DNA from: a candidate division FCPU426 bacterium
GTDB lineage: Bacteria > Oederibacteriota > Muellerivitia > Muellerivitales > Muellerivitaceae
NCBI GenBank assembly: GCA_963738405.1
Contig: CAVTWJ010000023.1
Coordinates: forward strand, 288,001 to 352,000
DNA length: 64,000 bases
Direction: 5' to 3'
Of this stretch, positions 10,085-19,934 are shown piece by piece; position 1 is the first letter of the stretch, and the number at the start of each line of letters is the position of its first letter. The translations under genes were made by a program, and so were the position numbers. The notes beneath the pieces are model-generated. The model was not told the DNA's origin and ran no database searches. It saw only the letters and a program-made list of their open reading frames with translations.

Positions 10085-10519
10085 TTAGCGGTTCTTTTGC
10101 TTGCGTTCTTGATAGGCCTTTTTAAGTTCTTGGGCGATCACCGGGTTTTTCATCAGGATCTTATCGAAATCGTACTTTTGAAGGATAAAAAGCTCGGTTA
10201 TTTCCTCAGCCACAATGGTGGCGCTCCGGGGCTCATTTGAAATTAGGGCCATTTCGCCGAAAAACTCATCGGTCTGGAGGTCGGCGACCTTGACCTTCTT
10301 GAAGCTTTTTTTGAGCCACACGGAAACTTTTCCTGAGGCAATGAGGTAGAAGGCGTCCCCGGGATCGCCTTGCTTGATGATTTCATAACCCTTTTGGACC
10401 CGGATCATCCGCAGGTGGCCGATCAATTCGTCCAACTCGTTCATTTTCAGGGATTGAAAAAAGTAGGTGTTTTGAAGGACATTTCGAAGCCGGCTGAATA
10501 TCGAGGCCGTATCGGTCAT
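10085..10519 (-). CDS. Stand-alone cyclic nucleotide-binding domain protein
   Basis: IIKQGDPGDAFYLIASGKV; phosphate-binding cassette FFGEMALISNEPRSATIVA. Confidence 0.9.
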   Translation of the reverse strand: MTDTASIFSRLRNVLQNTYFFQSLKMNELDELIGHLRMIRVQKGYEIIKQGDPGDAFYLIASGKVSVWLKKSFKKVKVADLQTDEFFGEMALISNEPRSATIVAEEITELFILQKYDFDKILMKNPVIAQELKKAYQERKQKNR

Positions 10520-10606
10520 GGGGAAACTCCCTTAATAAGCGAATGCGAATGATCTAAAGTATAACAAAAAGAATGAGGGTATTGGTGAAAAGGGCCGGGA
10601 CCGCCT

Positions 10607-11482
10607 CTATTTAAACCATCCTAAAGCATTCAATCGGGTGAGCACTTCTCTTACGGGAGCGCTCTTATTCATGACATAAAAATGTATGCCCGGAGCTCCT
10701 TTTGACAACAATTCGGAGCATTGCCTGACGGCGTACTCAATGCCCTTTTCCCGCACAAACTCTTTATCATCCCGGTGTGGTTTCAGGCCCTCAGAAAGTT
10801 CAAGGGGGATTTTTGTTCCGAAGCTGGCGATTTTTTCCACCTGCGAATAGTCGGTTAAAAGCCAAAGACCCGGCTGTACCGGAGCCGTGACCCCCAAGCC
10901 CCGAAGTTGATCCACATAGTGGAAATAGTCCCGATTGTCGAAAAAAAGCTGGGTGACGATAAATTGTCCCCCCGCCTCCATTTTTTTCTTCAGGTTTTCT
11001 CTGTCTTGGGCGGGAGAAACCGCTTCGGGATGTCCCTCAGGATATCCGGCGACTCCCAGACAAAAACCATAACCTTCTTTCCGTATAAATCTTATTAATT
11101 CCTCGGCGTAAGCGAATCCATCTGGAGCCGGCTTGAAGTCCGATTGCCCCTTGGGAGGGTCACCTCTAAGCGCGAGAATATTTTCCAACCCAGCGTTTTG
11201 GACCCGGCTCAGAATCTGGCGAATTTCATCTTTGGAGTGCCCCACACAGGTGAAATGCATCAAGGGTAGGATTCCCATATCTTTCAGTCGAACCGCGATG
11301 TCGTAAGTCATGTCCCTGCTCGAGCCGCCCGCTCCATAGGTGATGGAAACGTAATCCGGTGCCAATTCTTTAAGTTCAAAAACCGTTTGAAATAGCCCCT
11401 CCAAATTGCCGTCCCTTTTTGGCGGAAACAATTCGAAAGAAAGAACCGGTTTATTTCGGGAAAACAAATCAATAATCTTCAT
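10607..11482 (-). CDS. metF: Methylenetetrahydrofolate reductase (start revised to ATG 11482)
   Basis: LSFELFPPK, SITYGAGGS, ILALRGDPP, AGYPEGHPEA, IVTQLFFD; ATGA overlap with the upstream stop. Confidence 0.95.
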   Translation of the reverse strand: MKIIDLFSRNKPVLSFELFPPKRDGNLEGLFQTVFELKELAPDYVSITYGAGGSSRDMTYDIAVRLKDMGILPLMHFTCVGHSKDEIRQILSRVQNAGLENILALRGDPPKGQSDFKPAPDGFAYAEELIRFIRKEGYGFCLGVAGYPEGHPEAVSPAQDRENLKKKMEAGGQFIVTQLFFDNRDYFHYVDQLRGLGVTAPVQPGLWLLTDYSQVEKIASFGTKIPLELSEGLKPHRDDKEFVREKGIEYAVRQCSELLSKGAPGIHFYVMNKSAPVREVLTRLNALGWFK

Positions 11483-13797
11483 GAAATCCTTGCCTGAGTC
11501 ATTTTTCGCCTTCGCCAAAGCCAATAGAGTATAGCAAGATAAAGGAATATCGAAATTTCCGTAACCCTTAAACCTAGCCAAAACGCCTCGGGTTTATATT
11601 CCAACACAAAGTGATGAGTTCCAACCCCGAGGGGAACGGCTTGAAGAAAAAAATCTCCCGGAATCACTTCATACTGGGTTTGACCGCTTTCCTCAAGGGC
11701 GCGGGCATGCCACCCCTCGCCGTAGTTGTCCGTGACCAAAAGTATGGAAGGTTTTGAAACTTGCGCCCTCACTTCAATATGTTCCGAATCGATTTCCTTC
11801 CAATCTAAAGTCCCATTACTTTTTCCAGGCTCCGGTTGAAAGGGCGGGTTCTTTTCCAAAATGACAGTGTGAAGAAAATCGAAATGAGGTTGAAAAAGCG
11901 CCTGGCGGGCTGATTTGTCCGAAGGTTGAACTTCCCATTGGTCAAATAATTGAAACCGTTTTAATGAAGGAAAGGGGAGTTCATGGAACTGGAGCCTCGC
12001 TGGGTTTTCGTTCATAAGGTATCGCAAACGGACCAATCCAAATATCGGTGTAAACTTGCTAAAAACGGGCATAACCGAAAACAACCGGTTATCTTCCAAA
12101 CCCTGGCTGGAAGCCACAAATTGCCCATAACGCTGGAGAACCATGGGTTCATATTCCCAAATATCCCTTCCGCCTACAGCAAGGGAATCCGAGGAAGTTC
12201 CATAGGCCCGTTCCTCTCCAGGATGATTCGACCAAAATTCCCCGAGCGCCGCTTCCTTGTGAGTCCAATCGGATATCGGAAAAGTGGGCCGGTTTCTTTC
12301 GGCGAAGAAAAAAAGCTCAAAAACACACAAGAGAAGGACGGCCCTATTTCTCCAGGGGGCCTCCATGCGAAATGAAATGGCGAGAAGGACGAATAGGGCG
12401 GCTCCAACCCCCAAGCTTTCCGCCAAATGAAATCCCGACTCCCTGCCAAAAGCTTCTCGAACAGAGGGCTCCAAGCTGTTCATGGTTTTTTTAAGCCAGC
12501 TGATTTGGAAAAATAAATCATCCCATAGACCTGGAAAGCCCTGAACCAGAAAGAAAAGACCCAAACTTAAAAAAAGAAGGCCCATTCCAAGAAAGGCGAA
12601 CAGCCGGGTTCGTCCTCGATTTGAATGGATTTCTTTAGAAATAAAATCAAACCCCGCGCCAGCCGACGTCGCGATCAATAAGGCGATGAATACATCCAGT
12701 TTTGCCCAACCTCTTATTTCATTTGCGAAGGGGCAATAATGGTAAATAAAAAAATAAAGAGGAGTCGCGGGACCGAGGGCTAAAACAAAAACCGAAAACA
12801 ACAACAGAAAATCAGCCCTACGGCGCAAATCAGCTTTACCAGTCCAGCCTAGGATCGCCAGGGTGAAAGCGGTCAAGCCCACAAACAAAGACACCTCCCA
12901 GGGGTACCATCTGCCCCAATAGGCGCCTGGCTTAAGATTTCCGAACAATTCAGGAAAAACCAAGGTGAGGATATTTTCGATTGGAAGGGAGAAGGAGGAT
13001 GCCATTTTAAAATCGATGGAAAGACGCCGGAGACCCTCTCCCCCTGCTTCCAATCCTGTAATAAGTTGGACGGCAGATACCCCGCCCGCCAGCAAAAGCG
13101 AGCCTAAGGCCAAGAGTGTTTTAACTCCTTTTTGATCCGTTTGTGAAATTCGGAATATGAAAAAAAGAATGCCTATACAAACCGTGAAAAAAACGTATTG
13201 GGGATGGCCTGCCAAAATTTGCATTGAGAAAGCCAAAGTCAAAAGACAAGCCCAGCCCGCCTTTCCCTTTTCCAGGATTCCCTCCAAACCCCAGAAAACC
13301 AAAGGGATCCAGACCATGGCACAAAGGTTGGGAAGATGTCCAGGGTACAAGTGAAGATAATAGGATCCACTCCACATAAAAATGGTTCCAGCAATAAACG
13401 CGGCTGGAGCGGATAAACCCCTAAACCTGCCCCAACCATAGGTAAAGGCGCCCGCAAGGAAAATATGACCCACGGTAATCCAGTTGAGGGCGTAAACCAT
13501 AGGCACTACCATTTGCAGCCAGTTGGGGGGATACAAAAGGGCCGATTCAAAATTTCCAAAAAAGGGATTTCCGCATAAATAATAAGGGTTCCATAAAACC
13601 AGATGTCCCACTTGAAGCTGGGAAAACCCATAGAAACGCCAAGACAGAAAATGAAGGAAAAGATCTCCCTGCTCATCCGAAAGCACCCTTGAGGATTGGA
13701 AAAGAACGTCTCCAAAAAGAAGCGCATTCAGGAAAAACAGGCCTCCTAAACCATATAGGTCTGCGGAAATTGACTTCAAAGACGTCGGTCGGCTCAT
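11479..13797 (-). CDS. YfhO-like polytopic membrane protein (GT-C fold glycosyltransferase candidate)
   Basis: LWNPYYLCGNPF..N..SALLYPPN, LAGHPQY, many TMs, C-terminal LVTDNYGEGWHA...AVPLGVGTHHFVLEYKP plus a final TM. Confidence 0.75.
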   Translation of the reverse strand: MSRPTSLKSISADLYGLGGLFFLNALLFGDVLFQSSRVLSDEQGDLFLHFLSWRFYGFSQLQVGHLVLWNPYYLCGNPFFGNFESALLYPPNWLQMVVPMVYALNWITVGHIFLAGAFTYGWGRFRGLSAPAAFIAGTIFMWSGSYYLHLYPGHLPNLCAMVWIPLVFWGLEGILEKGKAGWACLLTLAFSMQILAGHPQYVFFTVCIGILFFIFRISQTDQKGVKTLLALGSLLLAGGVSAVQLITGLEAGGEGLRRLSIDFKMASSFSLPIENILTLVFPELFGNLKPGAYWGRWYPWEVSLFVGLTAFTLAILGWTGKADLRRRADFLLLFSVFVLALGPATPLYFFIYHYCPFANEIRGWAKLDVFIALLIATSAGAGFDFISKEIHSNRGRTRLFAFLGMGLLFLSLGLFFLVQGFPGLWDDLFFQISWLKKTMNSLEPSVREAFGRESGFHLAESLGVGAALFVLLAISFRMEAPWRNRAVLLLCVFELFFFAERNRPTFPISDWTHKEAALGEFWSNHPGEERAYGTSSDSLAVGGRDIWEYEPMVLQRYGQFVASSQGLEDNRLFSVMPVFSKFTPIFGLVRLRYLMNENPARLQFHELPFPSLKRFQLFDQWEVQPSDKSARQALFQPHFDFLHTVILEKNPPFQPEPGKSNGTLDWKEIDSEHIEVRAQVSKPSILLVTDNYGEGWHARALEESGQTQYEVIPGDFFLQAVPLGVGTHHFVLEYKPEAFWLGLRVTEISIFLYLAILYWLWRRRKMTQARIS

Positions 13798-13901
13798 AGG
13801 GCCATGGAAACAAATAGGATACGGTGCGTCAATAGCTTTTTAAGAATCCCTGGACTCAATACTATAATGACGAAAGGTTTTAAAGATTCCCCGGAGAGAA
13901 C

Positions 13902-14795
13902 ATGGACCCGAAAGATCAAATTTTAATCAGCGGCCTCAAAGTGAAATGCATCATTGGCATCTTCGACTGGGAAAGAAAACAAAAACAGGAAATCTTATTG
14001 GATCTGAAATTTCCCTGTGATAACCGCAAGGCCGCTCGAACCGATCGGATTGAAGACACTACCGATTACAAAACCATCGCTAAAACCACCATTGCCTTTG
14101 TGGAGAAAAGCCGGTTTCAATTGGTTGAAACCATGGCCGAAAGGTTGGCGGAATTGCTTCTAAAGCGCTTTTCCTTGCCGGAAATTCTTTTGACCGTATC
14201 CAAACCGGGCGCGCTCCGAGGGTCCCAAAACGTGGGAGTTCAAATACACCGGATTCAGCCTGGGCTGCCGCCCAACTCATGGATGGCTTTAGGTCTCGGA
14301 TCCAACATCGACCCTCAAAAGCATTTGCAAATGGCATTGAAAGAGTTGGATGACCGTTTCGGTTTTTGGGGATGCTCACACGTTTACGAAACTTCCCCGA
14401 TCGGCTATTCGCGTCAGCCCCGATTTTGGAACTTGGCGGTCACCGTTCATGATCCGGGAGGTCCTTCGAAATTGATCCGGCGGCAGATGGAACAAATTGA
14501 AAAAAAAGCCGGGAGAAAAAAAACCTCGAACCCCAACGGACCCCGAACTCTCGACATCGACCTGCTTTTAAGGAGTGACAGGGTTGAAAAAAACGCCGGG
14601 AAGAAACTTCCCCACCCCGACATCGAAAAAAAAGCCTTTGTGCTTTTCCCATTGCTGGAAATCATTCCTCAGGAAACCCACCCTGCAACCCGGTTGAGTT
14701 ACGTGGAACTAGCGGCAGCTTTTTCAGATAAGAAACAAAAAATACATCGACTACCACCCGAAACACTCGCCCCCTACCTTCCCTTTAACCGCTGA
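13902..14795 (+). CDS. folBK: Bifunctional dihydroneopterin aldolase / HPPK (FolB-FolK fusion)
   Basis: N-terminal IIGIFDWERKQKQ..DY..FQLVET..KP (FolB); C-terminal LGLGSN, YETSPIG, GPRTLDIDLL, LPHP (FolK). Confidence 0.93.
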   Translation: MDPKDQILISGLKVKCIIGIFDWERKQKQEILLDLKFPCDNRKAARTDRIEDTTDYKTIAKTTIAFVEKSRFQLVETMAERLAELLLKRFSLPEILLTVSKPGALRGSQNVGVQIHRIQPGLPPNSWMALGLGSNIDPQKHLQMALKELDDRFGFWGCSHVYETSPIGYSRQPRFWNLAVTVHDPGGPSKLIRRQMEQIEKKAGRKKTSNPNGPRTLDIDLLLRSDRVEKNAGKKLPHPDIEKKAFVLFPLLEIIPQETHPATRLSYVELAAAFSDKKQKIHRLPPETLAPYLPFNR

Positions 14796-15531
14796 ACCTT
14801 CCTCCATCCACATCAAGAACCTGACCTGTGATAAAAGGGTGCTTTGCCAAAAAAAGGACCGCTGAGGCAATATCCTCTGGCCGCCCCGAGCGATTCAAAG
14901 CGGACCGCTTTATTATTTTGTTCTTAAGATTCCTGTGGTAAGAAACAGGAAAGGTGATCGCGCCCGGCGAAACCGCGTTCACCCGCACTTTGGGACCCAT
15001 TTCTCGAGCCATAAAATGAGTCAGAGCCACCAGCGCTGCTTTGGACGCGCAATAGGCGCCGAAATCTTTCAAAAGGGGGTGGGAACCGTAAATATCGGTA
15101 ATATGAACCACAGCCCCCTCTGTTTTTTGGAGCCAAGGAAAAGCCGCGGTCGACAAAAAATAGGGTGATAGGGTATTAACTCTAAATATTTTTTCCCAAT
15201 CACCGGAACTTGATTTTCGGAAGGGCGTGGGTTTGAACAGCGAAGCGTTATTAACCACGCAATCCAATTTTCCCCAATGGTTGATCACCTTGCGAATTAA
15301 ACCTCTAGTTGCATCGGGTTTGTCCAAATCGCCCTGTAAAAGAAAAACATCCGACCCTTGTTCTTTCAGGGATTGGCAAAATTCCACCGCCCTTTTTTTT
15401 GAAGATTGATAATGGATGGCGGCGGCTCCGCCTTCTCGCACGATTTGACGGGTAATAGCCTGCCCTATTGGGCTAGCCCCCCCCGTGACAAGAAAAACCG
15501 GTTGGTCCAATAATTTTTTTCTGGATTTCAT
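14785..15531 (-). CDS. SDR oxidoreductase, pteridine reductase/FolM-like
   Basis: LVTGGASPIG, AIHY, VNNASLF, YCASK, VRVNAVSPG, ITGQVLDVDGG; convergent with folBK. Confidence 0.8.
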   Translation of the reverse strand: MKSRKKLLDQPVFLVTGGASPIGQAITRQIVREGGAAAIHYQSSKKRAVEFCQSLKEQGSDVFLLQGDLDKPDATRGLIRKVINHWGKLDCVVNNASLFKPTPFRKSSSGDWEKIFRVNTLSPYFLSTAAFPWLQKTEGAVVHITDIYGSHPLLKDFGAYCASKAALVALTHFMAREMGPKVRVNAVSPGAITFPVSYHRNLKNKIIKRSALNRSGRPEDIASAVLFLAKHPFITGQVLDVDGGRFSG

Positions 15532-15568
15532 ATCAGAATTTTATCAAGGGGTAGGCAATAAACAACCC

Positions 15569-16366
15569 TTATGCGTCATCCCGCAACGATGAAAGAGTTT
15601 TGGAAAGAAGCGGCATCCATTTCCAATACCAAGAGGTCAATGTCACCAGTGGCGTCCCGGGATGGCTTTGACTAAATAATTTTTGGGCAGATTCCCATAA
15701 GATGGAACCGGGTCCATTCCGGCGAAGGTTTTCCTGAAATTCCCTTAAAAGTACAGGCGGGCGAATCTCGAGAAAATCGTTCAAAGCCTCCTTTTGCAAA
15801 TCCTCGTTTCCGACCAACAAATCCATGATCAGCGCCAATGATTTGGCCGAATCAAATATTTTTTCAGGACTCGACTGCTGCCCGATTTTTAATTCCAACC
15901 CTTCCGCAAGAATAAAACGTCCCACCTGAGGAATTTGAACCTCGTAAGAAGACTCAAGATATTTAACCTCGACTGCATGTGGGTTTTCGAGCAAAAGCAG
16001 CGCCTTACGGCTGGGATGAACCGCCAGTCGCGATCTTGGCGGATTTTTGCGAGCCTTTATTTGGGGGCACACGAACCGGAGGTATCCAAGGTCGCCTCGG
16101 ATATAGGCGGGGCAAGAGACTCCCTTTTCATCAAAATAGGGCCGCTTCTGAAACCCCTGTTGAATCAAGTAACGGGAGAGATCTTCAAGTGCTTTTCCCG
16201 GTTTTTCCACGCCAAAAACCGTCGGCGCGTGAGTAGAAGGCGTAAAGCGCTTCCCCATCAGCGACAGGTGATAAAGTTCGCAAGCTTTTTCTTCCAACAA
16301 AACCAACTGGGGAAGAAAAGGCTTTAACCATGGAAGCCATGATGAAATGGTGGCGGTGGCCCGCAT
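15569..16366 (-). CDS. Hypothetical protein, possibly a degenerate nucleotidyltransferase-fold (GSU2403-like) protein
   Basis: Open ~265 aa frame after a GGAG SD; LLLLENP..VEV...VQIPQVGRFIL is only loosely reminiscent of that family. Confidence 0.45.
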   Translation of the reverse strand: MRATATISSWLPWLKPFLPQLVLLEEKACELYHLSLMGKRFTPSTHAPTVFGVEKPGKALEDLSRYLIQQGFQKRPYFDEKGVSCPAYIRGDLGYLRFVCPQIKARKNPPRSRLAVHPSRKALLLLENPHAVEVKYLESSYEVQIPQVGRFILAEGLELKIGQQSSPEKIFDSAKSLALIMDLLVGNEDLQKEALNDFLEIRPPVLLREFQENLRRNGPGSILWESAQKLFSQSHPGTPLVTLTSWYWKWMPLLSKTLSSLRDDA

Positions 16367-16420
16367 GGAATCTCCAGGAATAATCAATTACAACCTAGTC
16401 AATGGTCATCAACCAAACAT

Positions 16421-16651
16421 TTAACCCCGAACCTGAAAACCTCGTTCTTCCAAGATGGATCGAACCTTCTCGCGGACGTCGCCTTGTATTTCCAAAATCA
16501 TCCCCTTGACCGTACCGCCGGTTCCACAAAATTTTTTGATTCCAGCCGCCAGTTCCGCCAATTCGTCCGCACGGCGGGTAAAACCCTTCAGTAGGGTCAC
16601 TTTTCGGCCGGAACGGCCCTGGGTTTCCAACCGCATCGTTATCGTTTCCAT
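16421..16651 (-). CDS. yciH: Translation initiation factor SUI1/YciH family
   Basis: RLETQGRSGRKVTLLKG, KKFCGTGGTVK, IQGDVREKV. Confidence 0.9.
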   Translation of the reverse strand: METITMRLETQGRSGRKVTLLKGFTRRADELAELAAGIKKFCGTGGTVKGMILEIQGDVREKVRSILEERGFQVRG

Positions 16652-16662
16652 GTTGTTTGTCC

Positions 16663-16700
16663 AAAAAAAAAGCCACCCAAATCAAAGGGTGACTTTTTTT
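16663..16700 (-). terminator. Intrinsic terminator after tRNA-Leu/tRNA-fMet
   Basis: Minus strand GTCACCC-loop-GGGTGGC followed by a T9 run; the A/T tracts on both sides make it potentially bidirectional. Confidence 0.75.
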
Positions 16701-16707
16701 ATCTGGG

Positions 16708-16781
<74 letters not shown>

Positions 16782-16828
16782 TCTGTTTGGCGCCCATGGC
16801 GCCCGGGCCGTTTTCCGGCCGGTTTATT

Positions 16829-16916
16829 TGGTGCCGAGACCCGGAATCGAACCGGGACGGGCTTTAGGCCCGAGGGATTTTAAGTCCCTTGCGTCTGCCA
16901 GTTCCGCCATCTCGGC
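16829..16916 (-). tRNA. tRNA-Leu (TAA)
   Basis: GCCGAGATGGCGGAACTGGCAGACGCAAGGGACTTAAAATCCCTC...GGTTCGATTCCGGGTCTCGGCACCA; long variable arm. Confidence 0.95.
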
Positions 16917-17017
16917 TCACGACCCTCAACTTTGACCGTTCAGGTTCGTTCAGTTTCGGTGGAAACTCCTCATACCCAAAAGAGAAAAGATAAAACCGAC
17001 GGTTGAAAAGGATGCTT

Positions 17018-17046
17018 AGGATATCTTCGAGAACATCGGAAGTCAA
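17018..17046 (-). promoter_or_regulatory. Putative sigma70 promoter for the tRNA-Leu/fMet operon
   Basis: Minus strand TTGACT-N17-TATCCT. Confidence 0.6.
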
Positions 17047-17065
17047 TCAGATAGGGTCTTTTCGG

Positions 17066-17353
17066 TTAGTGAGATTTTGTCTCGGAGAACTTATATATCA
17101 TTTCGCCGGGGCGGACCAAATTCAACTCTTCTCTGGCTTGTTTTTCAAGGATGGCTGGATTTTTATCCACCGCCGAAACTTCTTCTTGATAGCGGGTAAT
17201 ATCCGTTTGCAGTTGTCGTATTTGAGAGTTCAGTAATTGTTTTTCTTCTTGTAGCTGGTACAAACGCCACAAACCTCGATTGCCCGTTATCACGAGATAT
17301 AAAATGACCGCTCCGACAATGAGGGGGCCCCAATTTCGCGAGAGTGCCTTCAT
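17066..17353 (-). CDS. ftsB: Septum formation initiator FtsB/DivIC family
   Basis: TM + GNRGLWRL + coiled coil + LEKQAREELNLVRPGE; ATGA overlap with the upstream stop. Confidence 0.88.
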   Translation of the reverse strand: MKALSRNWGPLIVGAVILYLVITGNRGLWRLYQLQEEKQLLNSQIRQLQTDITRYQEEVSAVDKNPAILEKQAREELNLVRPGEMIYKFSETKSH

Positions 17354-18192
17354 CGAAACTCCCAAGGCTTGAAAAATTCCCGCCAGCCTCTTTTACTTTC
17401 CAGTTCCAAAACCTCCAACGTAGATTTTAAGGGTTGATTAAAAAGGGTTATTTTATATTTAAGTAACATCCTTTCAAGCGCTAGGGTTGGCATCGAACAC
17501 ACAATAATTAATCCCAAAAATACACAACCAATAGGGAAAAAAACCGACATTAACAAAAAAGCTCCTGTTAAAAAGATCAATAGACCCAAGGACAAAATAC
17601 TGTTTCCAAGCACAAGCAAGAAAGAACGAGTAATGACTTTGAAAGGACTAATATCCTGCGCAAACAAAAGAGGCCATTGAAATAAGGACATCGAAAACCA
17701 GAAAAGCAATATCCAAAAGCATAACCCCTCAACCAGATATCCTGGCAAACCCCATTCCTTGATAAAACTTGGAAATATTCTAAAGTTCCAATAACTTAAA
17801 AGAAACACACCCGCCCATAGGATGGACAGAAAGAGGGCTCGCAGAGAAAACCGTTTAAGCCCTTCCCAATAATGCTTTAATCGAAACTCCTGACCCGTAA
17901 AAACGCGAAACACCCCATATGCCCATCCAACCGAAAACAGGGACTCCAAACAATACAGACTCAGAATTCCTAATGTTTTGGGGGATTGAAAAGATCCCAA
18001 ATATTCCATGTGATTGAAAAACCATCCCAGGGACATTAAGCCGGAAAACCAAAGACCATTAAATAAAATTAAAACGCCCAGATGGTCATATAAACGCCAA
18101 AACCAAGAATGAATAATTTCGGTCCAAGAGAACAGCCGGGGGGGTACTTCGAGGGAAGAGAGGCCTTCTGAAACGGACGGTTCAAGAGCCAC
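17350..18192 (-). CDS. Hypothetical polytopic membrane protein (DUF624/YesL-like)
   Basis: About 6 hydrophobic segments; operon position; family guess is weak. Confidence 0.55.
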   Translation of the reverse strand: MALEPSVSEGLSSLEVPPRLFSWTEIIHSWFWRLYDHLGVLILFNGLWFSGLMSLGWFFNHMEYLGSFQSPKTLGILSLYCLESLFSVGWAYGVFRVFTGQEFRLKHYWEGLKRFSLRALFLSILWAGVFLLSYWNFRIFPSFIKEWGLPGYLVEGLCFWILLFWFSMSLFQWPLLFAQDISPFKVITRSFLLVLGNSILSLGLLIFLTGAFLLMSVFFPIGCVFLGLIIVCSMPTLALERMLLKYKITLFNQPLKSTLEVLELESKRGWREFFKPWEFR

Positions 18193-18197
18193 GAATA

Positions 18198-18557
18198 TCA
18201 GGCTAGTTCTTTCTCAAACTTTGGAATAGCTTTTTTCAACTCTAATCGGCCACGTCCTAGGTTTCCATCCAAGTTGATGGCAAGGGTCACAAAATAATTC
18301 AATCCCACCATCATCATGATCATGGTGGCCTTATCGGTGGTTATGAGGATTTCCGCGGTATTTCCAAGACCAAAATTCGAGGAGGCGCGCATCGCATTTT
18401 TGATGATGCTCGAATATTCCGCCCCCACGGCATTAATGTCAAATGTAGCGTTATGCGATATTTGGTCGATCACAATACCGTCCATTCCTACTAAACCAGC
18501 CCCGATTGCCCCTTCCACGTTTGAAAGGGTCTCTTCGAGAATTTTTTTAAAATCCAT
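18198..18557 (-). CDS. Roadblock/LC7 domain protein (MglB/MglC-like)
   Basis: LSNVEGAIGAGLVGMDGIVID ... GNLGRGRLELKK; 119 aa. Confidence 0.85.
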   Translation of the reverse strand: MDFKKILEETLSNVEGAIGAGLVGMDGIVIDQISHNATFDINAVGAEYSSIIKNAMRASSNFGLGNTAEILITTDKATMIMMMVGLNYFVTLAINLDGNLGRGRLELKKAIPKFEKELA

Positions 18558-18613
18558 TGGGTTGTCCTTGCAACTAAAGGAAAATGTCGTTCAAGCCACG
18601 ACTGAGGGTGTAA

Positions 18614-19930
18614 TTATATGTTTTTTTCGACTTTTTTCACCAAGGAATCAAGGGAAAACCTTAATAAACCCAGGTTGGTTTTTTCATTGGCGAGAACGAC
18701 CAATGTCGGTCCATTGAAATACACTAAGAGGATGTGACCCTTTTCTGCCGTCACCATAATTTGTTGAAGTTTTCCCTGTTGGATGGCGTTCACCCCTTGG
18801 CGAGTGCTTTCCAGTATGGAAAAGGCTTGTTTTGATGCATCCGACTGATAATCCGCTTCGTTGGAAGCCACAAGAACCTTTCCATCAGGTCCAACCCAAA
18901 AACCTTTGATCATTCCCTCGACGGCCGCTAATTCAGCCAAAGCTCCCTTTAAGACACTTTTTTTTGATTCATCCAGCGTCCATCCGCCTGATGTTGAGGC
19001 TGTTTCAACATGCGAAGTAGGGTGAACTGAAGGAGAAGATTCTTTAGGGACCTCTGGAGCAACGACTGCGATTTTTTTCTCTTCTACAACCGCATCATCC
19101 TTACCGCCCCGTCTCATGACTAACAAAATATCTTCGTTGGTAAATTTGGAGTCATCATCCTCTTTGGGCTTTGGATTTTTTTTGACTTCGACCTTCGTCT
19201 CTTCAACCAGAACATCCTCTTTTTGGTCAGGGGGCTGAGTAAATTCATTTTTTTTCAACTTTGAGAGGGCAGGCGTAACCGCTGATTCCTTTTGTTGCCG
19301 TTCGACCGTCTCACTAAGCTTCTGCCGCAACATCAAATTTTGGGGATCGTTAGCCAATAATTCCTGAAACACCTCAATCGCTTTATCGAAATGTCCTTGC
19401 TTGATGTAAAGTTCAGCAAGGGTTAGGGTCGCCGTGCTTTCTTTTGAAGGGGCAGATTTAGCCTCTGCCAGAATTAATGTTTTCGGGTTAGGTTGAACAC
19501 CTTGGTTTTCGCCCGCCGCTTTTTCAATAGCAGTTTTAAGTTCTTTTTGAGCTTCTTCATCATCGGGATTAAGGGTTAAGACCTTTTGATATTCCTCGAT
19601 GGCCGCCTGATAGTCTCTTTTTTCAAAATAAATAGATCCTAAAAGATTATGGGCCAAAAGATTATCAGGATCGATTTCAAGAACGGTTTTAAATTCTTCA
19701 GATGCTTCATCAATTTTCCCTTGTTCCCGCAATATGCGTCCCAAGACAACTTGAGCCAAAGTATAGGAAGAATGTTTTTGAAGTCCACGCTTGCAAACTT
19801 CCAACGCTTCTTTCAAATTTCCTTGACGTCTAAAAGCATCTGCCAATGGGGCAAACACAAGGGAATCCGGATTCTCATCAAGTTTTTTTTTCAGTTCAGT
19901 GATTTCTGTTGTTAGGGAATCGTTCGCCAT
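18614..19930 (-). CDS. TPR-repeat protein with C-terminal roadblock/LC7-like domain
   Basis: NPDSLVFAPLADAFR and TPR helices; TLTLAELYIKQGH; C-terminal LAAVEGM..WVGPDGKVL...EKTNLGLLRFSL. Confidence 0.75.
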   Translation of the reverse strand: MANDSLTTEITELKKKLDENPDSLVFAPLADAFRRQGNLKEALEVCKRGLQKHSSYTLAQVVLGRILREQGKIDEASEEFKTVLEIDPDNLLAHNLLGSIYFEKRDYQAAIEEYQKVLTLNPDDEEAQKELKTAIEKAAGENQGVQPNPKTLILAEAKSAPSKESTATLTLAELYIKQGHFDKAIEVFQELLANDPQNLMLRQKLSETVERQQKESAVTPALSKLKKNEFTQPPDQKEDVLVEETKVEVKKNPKPKEDDDSKFTNEDILLVMRRGGKDDAVVEEKKIAVVAPEVPKESSPSVHPTSHVETASTSGGWTLDESKKSVLKGALAELAAVEGMIKGFWVGPDGKVLVASNEADYQSDASKQAFSILESTRQGVNAIQQGKLQQIMVTAEKGHILLVYFNGPTLVVLANEKTNLGLLRFSLDSLVKKVEKNI

Positions 19931-19934
19931 GGGG

